From NCBI GenBank assembly GCA_964016885.1, contig OZ024749.1, positions 9,796,001-9,860,000 of the forward strand: 64,000 bases of DNA. Direction: 5' to 3'. Below are positions 22,860-35,148 of the stretch, one piece after another. The position numbers and the translations under genes are program-made. Source of the DNA: Eledone cirrhosa (lineage: Eukaryota). The notes beneath the pieces are model-generated. The model ran no database searches and was not told the DNA's origin. It saw nothing but the letters and a program-made list of their open reading frames with translations. The stretch's first letter is position 1, and each line of letters begins with the position of its first letter.

Positions 22860-23660
22860 TAATAAAATGACAGGAGGCTGGACTTGTGTAAATCCTTGAA
22901 AGGTTTATTATACTATGATCATTTCAATGACTGGGTTCCATATGAATCCGGTGATATCATCAGGTATTCGAAATATAATAAATGAATGTAATAGATAAAA
23001 TCCATGGGGCTGAAAATCAAAGACCGGAGGGCGACCGACCATCTAGCGTCTTCCACTTTAGCCGGTCGCCCTCAAGTGCTGGCTATTCGGTCTGCTTGAG
23101 GCTATCTGGTGAGGGGGAGTAAAGCTTATAGTGTGCTACTACCCTCCCGGTCAAATAGAAGAAAAACAGAAAGGGAGAAGAAGATAAGTCAGCGTTAATA
23201 TCATGCTACACGAAAAAAGACAGAAAGAAGGGGAAGAAAAGTCAGCATTAATGTCGAGCTACAAGAAGAAAGACAGAAAGAGGAAGAAAAGTCCGTACTA
23301 ATGTCAAGCTAGTCAGGCCAGGAATGGCGCAATGGTCGGTCGCCCTCCGTTCTTTGATTTTCAGCCCCATGGATTTTATCTATTACATTCATTTATTATA
23401 TTTCGAATACCTGATGATATCACCAGATTCATATGGAACCTGGTCATTGAAATGATCATAGTATAATAAACCTTTCAAGGATTTACACAAGTCCAGCCTC
23501 CTGTCATTTTATTATAATATTTAACTCCGTACTCGCACCACCAACTACACAAACCAAGACGGTTGAACTGCTTTACGTTGAGTACTCTCCATATTATTAC
23601 ATCAAGATTGACCATACGAAATTGACCAGCTCTATCCAGTGGTGAACCTTCAAACCTAAA
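22860..23660 (+). mobile_element. Large asymmetric fold-back element (~180-bp arms, ~290-bp spacer, tail) with hammerhead-like motifs
   Basis: 22860-23042 and 23332-23514 are near-perfect reverse complements. CTGATGA..GGAAC..GTC occurs in each arm. The tail contains TTGAGTAC. A related remnant lies at 1485-1660. Confidence 0.7.
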
Positions 23661-23667
23661 TATATAT

Positions 23668-24200
23668 ATCATCATCATCATCATCGTTTAACGTCCATGT
23701 TCCACGCTTGCATGGGTTTGGACGGGAGTTTTCCCACTTGAGGCAAGAGTGGTTGTCATTGCTCGCATAGGACTGTCTGGCGGGTTTTCTACAGCTGGAT
23801 GCCCTTCCTAACACCAACCACATTTACAGTGTGGGGCTGGGAGGTTTTTACCGTGTTGCCTACACGGCCACATTACAGCGTGGACTATGTGTTTTTTGTC
23901 GTGACACCTACACGATCTCATTTGGATGTTGTGGCAGCAACATAACTTTACATTGAAAGGGGTGGTGTGGATGGAGTGGGGGGAGGTGGGATGGGGGTGT
24001 ATTTTGTTAGAGATGCCTACTGACTGTAGTAGGTTTTACTTTGTATTTAGGTAAGGCGGGTCTTCTCTATTACTGAGTACCGCCAAAGGTCTCAGTCCAG
24101 TGACATTGTCTTGGAGAGGTGTAAGTGTGTGAGGTCGGAATTTATCAGCTCGTCCCAGGTTTTTCTGGGTCTGCCTACTCCGTGGCTACAGTCTATCTTT
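23668..24200 (-). mobile_element. RTE 3' end with 3' UTR
   Basis: [29 protein letters not shown]; nearly identical to the 49070-49705 region. Confidence 0.85.
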
Positions 24201-24319
24201 ATTATATATATGTATATATATATACATACATATATATATATACATATATATATAGATATATATATGCATATATATATATATTCATATTTATACATATATA
24301 TATATATTCATATTTATAC

Positions 24320-24384
<65 letters not shown>

Positions 24385-24402
24385 TATATGCATATATATA
24401 TC

Positions 24403-24447
<45 letters not shown>

Positions 24448-25349
24448 GTATATATACACATATATATACGTATATATATATATATTAATAATAATAATAA
24501 TAATAAGACTAAAATCCAAAGAGGGCTCGATAAGGATAAATATATATCAAATATATAAGAACTATAGAGCAATTATTTATTAAAATAACAGATTAAAGTT
24601 TAAGCAAAGAATCGCTGCTTTTTACGGCAGGCAGAAGAGATGATGTAAATTAAATATCAAATGATACATATTATATATAAATATAGTAAAATATCTAATA
24701 TATAATATTTATTTATACATAGTATACGTCCCTTTATGGTCCAAGTTCAAATCCTGCCGAGGTTAACTTTGCCTTTCATCCTTACGGGGTCGATAAAATA
24801 TAGTACCAGTAATATACTGGGTAATTGCTGGCCTTGTGCCAAAAGTAGAAACAATTATATTATTTATTATACATTATTTACAATTTGTATGTAGGCAGGT
24901 CTCTCTGGAAATAGGGGTGGGGGCACTGAGGGTATCACGTGACCATGAGGGGGTGGGCCGTTGCCCTAAAAGTTTGAGAACCTCTGGTTTAGACCTTAGG
25001 ACCAAACCAGTATGTTTATATAAGACCATAACAATACTTTAATATAAGACGATAACAGTGCCATAATAGTATGAAAGAATTTCCTCAGTCCTATAGTAGG
25101 GGTTTATATATGATGATGATGATGATTTGACATAACTATATGTGATCAAGTGGTAAAGTTGTTAGACACACAATCATAACACCATAGGTTCAGTTCTTGG
25201 AAGAGGCAGTGTGTTGTGTCCTTGAGCAAAACCCTTAATTTCACATTGTGCCAGTCCACCCAGCAGAAATACATGAATAGCAGTTGTAGCAGCTGTGAGT
25301 TAGACCCTGAAATGGACTAATGTCTGGTCCCAGGGGGATGTTTCTTCCT

Positions 25350-26500
25350 GATAGGACTGGGGTTGTTTCTATCATTAAAACACGAGAAACTCCCTGTGAA
25401 ATTCGACATTGTAGGAGGCCAGCTAAACCTACATAGGTGTGAGCTGTGACAACATGGTAGGACTGGGGTTGTTTCTATCATTGAAACACCCAAGAAACCT
25501 TCTATGAGATGCAATCTCATAGGAGGCCAGCTAAACCTCCATAAGTGTGAGCTGTGACAACATGGTAGGACTGGGGTTGTTTCTATCATTGAAACACCCA
25601 AGAAACCTTCTATGAGATGCAATCTCATAGGAGGCCAGCTAAACCTCCATAAGTGTGAGCTGTGACAACATGGTAGGACTGGGGTTGTTTCTATCATTGA
25701 AACACCCAAGAAACCTATGAGATGCAATCTCATAGGAGGCCAGCTAAACCTCCATAAGTGTGAGCTGTGACAACATGGTAGGACTGGGGTTGTTTCTATC
25801 ATTGAAACACCCAAGAAACCTTCTATGAGATGCAATCTCATAGGAGGCCAGCTAAACCTCCATAAGTGTGAGCTGTGACAACATGGTAGGACTGGGGTTG
25901 TTTCTATCATTGAAACACCCAAGAAACCTTCTATGAGATGCAATCTCATAGGAGGCCAGCTAAACCTCCATAAGTGTGAACTGTGACAACATGGTAGGAC
26001 TGGGGTTGTTTCTATCATTGAAACACCCAAGAAACCTATGAGATGCAATCTCATAGGAGGCCAGCTAAACCTCCATAAGTGTGAGCTGTGACAACATGGT
26101 AGGACTGGGGTTGTTTCTATCATTGAAACACCCAAGAAACCTATGAGATGCAATCTCATAGGAGGCCAGCTAAACCTCCATAAGTGTGAGCTGTGACAAC
26201 ATGGTAGGACTGGGGTTGTTTCTATCATTGAAACACCCAAGAAACCTATGAGATGCAATCTCATAGGAGGCCAGCTAAACCTCCATAAGTGTGAGCTGTG
26301 ACAACATGGTAGGACTGGGGTTGTTTCTATCATTGAAACACCCAAGAAACCTTCTATGAGATGCAATCTCATAGGAGACCAGCTAAACCTACATAGGTGT
26401 GAGGTGAAATCTTTAACATAGGACTGGGGTTTCTATCATTAAAACACCTGAGAAACTCCTGTAAGATGCAACCATGAGGTAAACCTACATAGGTGGGAAG
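25350..26500. repeat. Tandem repeat, 105/108-bp unit
   Basis: AGGACTGGGG recurs at 25459, 25567, 25675 and 25780; about 11 copies. Internal hairpin CTATGAGAT-GCA-ATCTCATAG. Confidence 0.95.
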
Positions 26501-26541
26501 TGTAAGTTTGTAATAACAGTAAACCACAAAATCACACAAAC

Positions 26542-26738
26542 CTTATCCATATGAGACTCCATGTATCGGAATGTGTACTCATCAGCGTCAATGATTTGAA
26601 ACTCATACTCATTCAGCTCCACAATAGCTCCAATCCTAAAGTCACTGGCGCTGTAATATTTCATAGGTTCTATGTTGAATTTCTCCTGGCCAGGTAATTT
26701 AACATGAGTTCGGCTGAGAAATGTATTAATCTTCGTAT
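26542..26738 (-). CDS. EFHC2: EFHC2-like, exon 8 (end of third DM10 domain)
   Basis: ttctag|AT..AAG|gtttgt; (D)TKINTFLSRTHVKLPGQEKF..IIDADEYTFRYMESHMDK; 197 nt, phase 1/0. Confidence 0.9.
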
Positions 26739-27221
26739 CTAGAATCAATGCAAACAAAAAAAAAACACCAATGACTAAAGATCAAATAAAGACCACAATA
26801 CACACACATATATCATGCACACGCACATATACATATACATATATACATACACAATGGTCAGAATGCTGTGCTGAATAGGACCTGTCCCACCCTTGCAAGC
26901 AGGGAAAACTGGGCGTAAAATAATAATGATTTCTAGTATAAGCACAAGGCCAGTAATTTGAAGGCGAGGGGAAAGTCGATTAAATTGACCCCAGTGCATT
27001 ACTGGTGCTTTATTTTAGCGACCTGGTGAGGATGAAAGGCAAAGTTAACCTCGGCGGAAATTGAACTCAGGCCGTAAAGGGCCGTAACTCTATGCCGCAA
27101 AGCATGGTGTCCGACTCTCTACCGATACTGCCAATCCACCAGGCGTAAAATAATAATGATGATGATGATGATGATGATGAAATGTAGCAATTTATGAAAG
27201 GTCAAAACTACACCAGCTCAC

Positions 27222-27530
27222 CTGTATTTTCATGAGTGTGCATACTAATTTTAATTGTATCATCTGACAGGTAGAAACTGATGATGAATTCTTCGTTTGT
27301 TGTGGTGATGTTTTTCGTTACCATCTTACCAAGGAAACGCAGTACACGACTGTTAAAACCCTCTTTGTCGTATTTGAGGAACTGCAGAAAGTTTGATTGT
27401 TTCGCCTGTATAACAATTTTATAGCAGTTTTGCATGGAATCCTCTTCACTCCCAAAACCATTGTAAGGGGGGTAGGTTAGAGGTGTTGGTTCTTCAGGGA
27501 CTTCCTTTTCTTCAAGTGGTGTAAATTCAA
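27222..27530 (-). CDS. EFHC2: EFHC2-like, exon 7
   Basis: ctccag|TT..G|gtgagc; YPPYNGFGSEEDSMQNC..VLRFLGKM..FIISFYLSDDTI; 309 nt. Confidence 0.92.
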
Positions 27531-27849
27531 CTGGAGATAGAAACGTAAGAGATATATAGCATTACAAGAAAACATTGTTTACACACACACACACAAATAT
27601 ATATGTATATATATAAGTTATCCCTATCCAGGGATAACTTGAACCATTTAGGTATATTCTCCTTGGTTATGTCAAATATTTATAAAACACACTTCATATT
27701 TTATCTGATGATAGCGTACCAAAATGTTGGTACCCTTGAAATATATATAATAGAATAAATATGGTTTTATAAATATAGTTTCCATTTATCATTGTATATT
27801 ATACTCCAGAAAATCTGTTGAGTGCTCTGAATCAGTTATAAACATTTAT

Positions 27850-28140
27850 ATGACTTTCGGAAACATTTTTTCACGCTTAGAGTTGCTGAAGCATGGAACA
27901 AACTGCCTGCGTCAGTTGTTAGCTGCCGAGACATTGCATCCTTTAAAACCCTCATGCTTCCCGAAATTCGCCAAAACTACACCTGATGTCCCCCTTCCAT
28001 ACACATACACACATGTGTATATCATGACTCATGCACTGTTCATTTTCCTGACGTTTGTACATTACCCTATGTACTATACATACACTTTTGATGAGTTGTA
28101 GTGCACCTGAGCACTGTACACAATATTTCATTATTATTAT
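27850..28140 (+). mobile_element. CR1-clade LINE 3' end
   Basis: DFRKHFFTLRVAEAWNKLPASVVSC plus 3' UTR and (ATT)n; same family as 57928-59060. Confidence 0.8.
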
Positions 28141-28182
28141 TTTATATTTGTTGAATTACCAACAAATTGAATATCCCTTCTG

Positions 28183-28220
<38 letters not shown>

Positions 28221-28381
28221 CATATCATCATTTTACATCCGCTTTTCCCTGCTTGCAAGGGTGGGACGGGAACTGATTCTGGCTTGATTTCTACAACTGG
28301 ATGCCCTTCCTAACACCAACCTCATTTACAGTGAGTGCTGGGTGCTTTTTTCGATTGCAAGGCCAATGCTCTAACCACTAA

Positions 28382-28467
<86 letters not shown>

Positions 28468-28469
28468 TA

Positions 28470-29001
28470 ATTAAAAAAATGTTTTCGCTCTACATGGCTG
28501 AATACAATAAATGTAATCTGAGTTTTTCGAATATTAATAATAATATTCGATTCGTTTGCAATTATGCAAACAAGCCTCATTTTTAAAGCCATGTCAGTAG
28601 AATGAGCCCCTCATTCTTGCTCTTGTGATGGCATGTAAACAGAACTGCAGACACTAATGTTTCTTGGTATTACCCTTCATCAGTACTGTTCACTGTTCAC
28701 CTGCCAACTGTCAGAACTAGTGAAAATATATATTTTCTAAAATATACAGTGACTGACTGCATATTAGCAGATCCACTGATTAGTCAGATCTGCATATTAG
28801 CAGACTGGCTGATCAGTCAGATCTGCATATTAGCAGACTGGCTCATCAGTCAGATCTGCATATTAGCAGATCCATTGATCAGCCAGATTTGCATAGGGTA
28901 ATACCCAGAAACATTAGTGTCTGCAGTTCTGTTTACATGCCAACACAAGAGCAAGAATGTGGGGCTCATTCTACTGACATGGCTTTAAAAATGAGGCTTG
29001 T
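28470..29001 (-). mobile_element. Asymmetric fold-back element (~107-bp arms) carrying a hammerhead motif
   Basis: 28570-28676 and 28895-29001 are reverse complements; short tandem repeats lie in the spacer; (TA)n flanks. Confidence 0.7.
28642..28691 (-). ncRNA. Type I hammerhead ribozyme-like motif
   Basis: Minus strand: GAACAGTA-CTGATGA-A-GGGTAATACCAA-GAAAC-ATTAGT-GTC-TGCAGTTC. Stem I pairs at 7 of 8 positions; the base of stem II is imperfect. Confidence 0.6.
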
Positions 29002-29323
29002 AATTATATATATATATATATATATACTAGCAGTGGTACCCGGCGTTGCACGGGATAAGGTATTTTGGAATGCGCGCCAAATAAAATAAAATAAAGTACC
29101 AGTAATACACTGGGATAATTGCTGGCCTTGTGCCAAAAGTAGAAAGAATTATTATTATAATTGATGTTTTGTTTTGGCAAAATATTGATGACAGACAAGT
29201 AATTGTTTTATTCGAGGTTAACTTTGCCTTTCATCCTTCCGGGGTCGATAAAATAAAGTACCAGTAATGCACTGGGTTATTGCTGGCCTTGTGCCAAAAG
29301 TAGAAACAATTATTATTACATAC

Positions 29324-29462
29324 CAATTCCATATTTTGTTTTGTAGAAATTCTTAGTAAATTCGTCACAGTTACAGAGCTTGAGGGGTCGGCCATACACA
29401 CTGATGATGTCACCGAGTCGTAAATCTTCAGCAGAGTAATAGGGAATATTTACTTCACCTAT
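29324..29462 (-). CDS. EFHC2: EFHC2-like, exon 6
   Basis: ctaaaag|ATA..G|gtatgt; IGEVNIPYYSAEDLRLGDIISVYGRPLKLCNCDEFTKNFYKTKYGI; 139 nt. Confidence 0.88.
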
Positions 29463-29496
29463 CTTTTAGCAGAAAGAAAAAAATATATATATATTT

Positions 29497-32400
29497 TACT
29501 ACAGGTATTGAGTTGATGGTGAGTCCTGTACCACTGTGTGGATTAGGGGGCACTACAGGTAGTGTGTTGGTGGTGAGTCTTGTACCACTGTGTGGTGTAG
29601 GGGGCACTACAGGTGGTGTGTTGGTGGGGAGTCCTGTACAACTGTGAGGAGTAGGGGGCACTACAGGTATTGAGTTGATGGTGAGTCCTGTACCACTGTG
29701 TGGAGTAGGGGGCACTACAGGTATTGAGTTGATGGTGAGTCCTGTACCACTGTGTGGAGTAGGGGGCACTACAGGTAGTGTGTTGGTGGTGAGTCTTGTA
29801 CCACTGTGTGGTGTAGGGGGCACTACAGGTGGTGTGTTGGTGGTGAGTCCTGTACAACTGTGAGGAGTAGGGGGCACTACAGGTATTGAGTTGATGGTGA
29901 GTCCTGTACCACTGTGTGGAGTAGGGGGCACTACAGGTATTGAGTTGATGGTGAGTCCTGTACCACTGTGTGGAGTAGGGGGCACTACAGGTAGTGTGTT
30001 GGTGGTGAGTCTTGTACCACTGTGTGGAGTAGGGGGCACTACAGGTGGTGTGTTGGTGGGGAGTCCTGTACAACTGTGAGGAGTAGGGGGCACTACAGGT
30101 AGTGTGTTGGTGGTGAGTCCTGTACCACTGTGAGGAGTAGGGGGCACTACAGGTAGTGTGTTGATGGTGAGTCCTGTACCACTGTGTGGAGTAGGGGGCA
30201 CTACAGGTAGTGTGGTGATGGTGAGTCCTGTACCACTGTGAGGAGTAGGGGGCACTACAGGTAGTGTGTTGGTGGGGAGTCCTGTACCACTGTGAGGAGT
30301 AGGGGGCACTACAGGTAGTGTGGTGATGGTGAGTCCTGTACCACTGTGTGGAGTAGGGGGCACTACAGGTAGTGTGTTGGTGGGGAGTCCTGTACCACTG
30401 TGTGGAGTAGGGGGCACTACAGGTAGTATGTTGGTGGGGAGTCCTGTACCACTGTGAGGTGTAGGGGGCACTACAGGTAGTGTGGTGATGGTGAGTCCTG
30501 TACCACTGTGAGGAGTAGGGGGCACTACAGGTAGTGTGTTGGTGGGGAGTCCTGTACCACTGTGAGGAGTAGGGGGCACTACAGGTAGTGTGTTGATGGT
30601 GAGTCCTGTACCACTGTGAGGAGTAGGGGGCACTACAGGTAGTGTGGTGATGGTGAGTCCTGTACCACTGTGAGGAGTAGGGGGCACTACAGGTAGTGTG
30701 TTGGTGGGGAGTCCTGTACCACTGTGTGGAGTAGGGGGCACTACAGGTAGTGTGTTGGTGGTGAGTCCTGTACCACTGTGAGGAGTAGGGGGCACTACAG
30801 GTAGTGTGTTGGTGAGGAGTCTTGTACCACTGTGTGGAGTAGGGGGCACTACAGGTAGTGTGTTGATACCACTGTGTGGAGTAGGGGACACTACAGGTAG
30901 TGTGTTGGTGGTGAGTCTTGTACCACTGTGTGGTGTAGGGGGCACTACAGGTAGTGTGTTGGTGGTGAGTCCTGTACCACTGTGTGGAGTAGGGGGCACT
31001 ACAGGTAGTGTGTTGGTGGGGAGTCCTGTACCACTGTGTGGAGTAGGGGGCACTACAGGTAGTGTGGTGATGGTGAGTCCTGTACCACTGTGGAGTAGGG
31101 GGCACTACAGGTAGTGTGTTGGTGGTGAGTCCTGTACCACTGTGAGGAGTAGGGGGCACTACAGGTAGTGTGTTGGTGAGGAGTCTTGTACCACTGTGTG
31201 GAGTAGGGGGCACTACAGGTAGTGTGTTGGTGGGGAGTCCTGTACCACTGTGAGGAGTAGGGGGCACTACAGGTAGTGTGTTGGTGGGGAGTCTTGTACC
31301 ACTGTGTGGAGTAGGGGGCACTACAGGTAGTGTGTTGGTGGTGAGTCCTGTACCACTGTGTGGAGTAGGGGGCACTACAGGTAGTGTGTTGGTGGGGAGT
31401 CTTGTACCACTGTGTGGAGTAGGGGGCACTACAGGTAGTGTGTTGGTGGGGAGTCCTGTACAACTGTGAGGAGTAGGGGGTACTACAGGTAGTGTGTTGG
31501 TGGGGAGTCCTGTACCACTGTGTGGAGTAGGGGGCACTACAGGTGGTGTGTTGGTGGGGAGTCCTGTACCACTGTGTGGAGTAGGGGGCACTACAGGTGG
31601 TGTGTTGGTGGGGAGTCCTGTACAACTGTGAGGAGTAGGGGGCACTACAGGTGGTGTGTTGGTGGGGAGTCCTGTACAACTGTGTGGAGTAGGGGACACT
31701 ACAGGTAGTGTGTTGCTGGTGAGTCCTGTACCACTGTGTGGTGTAGGGGGCACTACAGGTAGTGTGTTGGTGGTGAGTCCTGTACCACTGTGAGGAGTAG
31801 GGGGCACTACAGGTAGTGTGTTGGTGGGGAGTCCTGTACCACTGTGTGGTGTAGGGGGCACTACAGGTAGTGTGTTGGTGGTGAGTCCTGTACCACTGTG
31901 AGGAGTAGGGGGCACTACAGGTAGTGTGTTGATGGTGAGTCCTGTACCACTGTGAGGAGTAGGGGGCACTACAGGTAGTGTGTTGATGGTGAGTCCTGTA
32001 CCACTGTGTGGAGTAGGGGGCACTACAGGTAGTGTGTTGGTTGGGAGTCCTGTACCACTGTGTGGAGTAGGGGACACTACAGGTAGTGTGTTGGTGGGGA
32101 GTCCTGTACCACTGTGTGGAGTAGGGGGTACTACAGGTGGTGTGTTGGTGGGGAGTCCTGTACAACTGTGTGGAGTAGGGGACACTACAGGTAGTGTGTT
32201 GCTGGTGAGTCCTGTACCACTGTGTGGAGTAGGGGGCACTACAGGTAGTGTGTTGGTGGTGAGTCCTGTACCACTGTGGGGAGTAGGGGGCACTACAGGT
32301 AGTGTGTTGATGGGGAGTCCTGTACCACTGTGAGGAGTAGGGGGCACTACAGGTAGTGTGTTGGTGGTGAGTCCTGTACCACTGTGTGGTGTAGGGGGCA

Positions 32401-32996
32401 CTACAGGTAGTGTGTTGGTGGTGAGTCCTGTACCACTGTGAGGAGTAGGGGGCACTACAGGTAGTGTGTTGGTGGGGAGTCCTGTACCGCTGTGAGGAGT
32501 AGGGGGCACTACAGGTAGTGTGTTGGTGGGGAGTCCTGTACCACTGTGAGGAGTAGGGGGCACTACAGGTAGTGTGGTGATGGTGAGTCCTGTACCACTG
32601 TGAGGAGTAGGGGGCACTACAGGTAGTGTGTTGATGGTGAGTCCTGTACCACTGTGTGGAGTAGGGGGCACTACAGGTAGTGTGTTGGTTGGGAGTCCTG
32701 TACCACTGTGTGGAGTAGGGGACACTACAGGTAGTGTGTTGGTGGGGAGTCCTGTACCACTGTGTGGAGTAGGGGGTACTACAGGTGGTGTGTTGGTGGG
32801 GAGTCCTGTACAACTGTGTGGAGTAGGGGACACTACAGGTAGTGTGTTGCTGGTGAGTCCTGTACCACTGTGTGGAGTAGGGGGCACTACAGGTAGTGTG
32901 TTGGTGGTGAGTCCTGTACCACTGTGGGGAGTAGGGGGCACTACAGGTAGTGTGTTGATGGGGAGTCCTGTACCACTGTGTGGAGTAGGGGGCACT
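29497..32996. repeat. Minisatellite, 54-bp unit, about 65 copies
   Basis: GGGGCACTACAGGTAGTGTGTTGGTGGTGAGTCCTGTACCACTGTGTGGAGTAG; intronic. Confidence 0.95.
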
Positions 32997-33261
32997 GAAG
33001 TCCCCTTGAAACTGCCCTTCATTCCATGATAGAAAACCTTCAGGTTCCAAACACCAGCTTCATAATGAGAAAGTAAAATATTTTACTAAATCCCTCCAAA
33101 TTTTTTATTATTTTTCAAAATGATTTGAAAATTTTAGGCAGTTTCTTTCATTAGAAATACACTAAATTTGTTGCTTATTTTAAAGTGTTTATATTTGTCT
33201 AAAATCTTTCATCATAACTTTATGTAAGCAGCTTTGTTAAGTTAAGCCCCAAACATCAGAT

Positions 33262-33457
33262 TGATAATTGTTTCTACTATTGGCACAAGGCCAGCAATTA
33301 TGTCAGTACATTACTGGTACTTTATTTTATCGACCCCGTAAGGATGAAAGGCAAAGTTAAGCTCGGCGGGATTTGAACTCAGAATGGCAAGGGCCGTAAC
33401 TCTATGCGTCAAAGAATTGCGTCCGACCCTCTACCGATACTGCCAATTCACCGCCCT
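33262..33457 (-). mobile_element. Short tRNA-derived SINE (~190-bp family)
   Basis: Reverse complement of 11085-11280. Further copies near 24720-24860, 26925-27142, 37017-37199, 56672-56780 and 63791-63985. Confidence 0.8.
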
Positions 33458-34192
33458 CAGATTGATAATGGTTTCTAATTTAGGTTGAAGGCCAACAATT
33501 TCGGGAGTGTTGTGGGGAGAGGAAAATCGATTTTGCCAACCCCACTATTTTGCTGGATGTTTGTGGCCTAGTGGTAAGGGTGTTGGACTTACAATCATAA
33601 TGTTGTGGGTTTGAATCCTGGGCCGTGTTGTGTTCTTGAGCAAAAAATACTTCATTTCACATTGCTCCCAAATACCTAGCTGAAAATGAGTACCAGCAAT
33701 AACTGGGGGTTAAACCCTGTGATGGACTGCAGTCCTGTCCAGAGGGGAAGTCTTGTACTCTCAGTCACTTTATGCCACAGAAACTCTGATAAACACTGGC
33801 ATAGTGAGCCTCCAAGCTTCAGACAGACTACTTTGCTGCTACTTTATTTTATCGACCCCGGAAAGATGGAGGGGGAAGTTTGACCTGAGCGGAATTTAAA
33901 ACCAGAATGTTGAGAGAGGGCCTTGGATAGCAACCGTGAGCTTGGCTGGTCTCACTTGGAGATCCAGCTGGATCAAATGGAAACAGTTGCTTCTGACAGG
34001 AGCTGTTAGGTATGCTTGAGGACTTTAACCCTCTGACCCTCTCAGGAATAAGTGGGTGACGGAGGAGGAGGGGGAGTGAGGAGGAGGAACAGGAGAAAGG
34101 GGAGGTGTGTTGAACAACTGACACACTGAACATCAAAACAGAAATCTATTCCATTCTATTTTCTACTACTTCTTTCCATCAATATTGTCCAG

Positions 34193-34389
34193 GTTTTATT
34201 GGTGGAAAGTTCTTGGAACGGAGTCGTGTGAAGAAACCTGATGAAGAGAAATTCACTGTTGAACCATCGAAATATTATTTAGCTGAAGACTTATATGTCG
34301 GTAATATTGTCCAGTTTGTAAAGCATCAGTTTATTATAACTGATATAGATGAATATGCTGTGAACTACATGGAAACAAGGCCAGAGCAG
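34193..34389 (+). CDS. Isolated intact exon of a second EFHC2 paralog, antisense within intron 5
   Basis: Pyrimidine tract and gtccag|GT..CAG|gtaagt; (G)FIGGKFLERSRVKKPDEEKF..ITDIDEYAVNYMETRPEQ; 197 nt, phase 1/0, same geometry as exon 8. Whether it is expressed is unknown. Confidence 0.7.
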
Positions 34390-35148
34390 GTAAGTTGCTG
34401 GCTTTTACTGACCTTAACATATTCTTCATCATATTTCTAATAACTTGGACTATTCTTATCAAATAATTCTGAAAATATTCAGCAATTTGGAAATATTTAG
34501 TAATATAACTAACTTTCTCATTATTAAACTAGTGTTTGGAACATAACTTAACAAAGGTTTCTACATAAGATTAAGAGATCACAGCGCTGATTCTATGGGC
34601 ATATGGTTAGAATGCCTCAGGAAAGAATCTCTGGACAGATTTTACAAGCAAAACCAACAGGTAGGAGACCCAGAGCAAGATGGTTGGATAACAGCCATGA
34701 GCTTGGCTGGTCACACTTGGAGAGAGTTGCTTCTGACAGGACCTGCTGGAAGAAGTGTTTGACGACACCATAAATATAAATACTTTAACCCTTTCATCAC
34801 CATATTTCTAATAACAAACTGTCTGTGATTTACAAATAATTTTGGAAATATTCAGTAATTTGGAGGAATTTTCGTAATGTAGCTAACTTTCTCATTATCG
34901 GACTGGAGATTGGAGAATAACTTAATAAAGGTTCTTGCATAAAATTATGATGGAAGATTTTTTGATACAGATAAATGATTTAAAACAAAGTTTTGTATCA
35001 TGGAAGTTTTGGTATAAATATGTTAAATAATGTCTGAAAAAAAAAAAGGTGTACAAGTTGGAATGTCTTTAACCCCAGATCTGCTGTAACAGAGCCCACC
35101 TGGAGTTAAACAACATAAAGTAGTGTGTATGTTTAAAAGAGTTGTTAC

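Noticed and set aside
25317-26372. 351-aa repeat ORF
   Set aside because: The 105/108-bp unit is divisible by 3, there is no recognisable domain, and the ORF is intronic.
29455-33050. 532-, 665- and 1159-aa mucin-like Pro/Thr-rich ORFs
   Set aside because: They are translations of a 54-bp minisatellite, open in two frames with a frame switch mid-array, and lie within an EFHC2-like intron.
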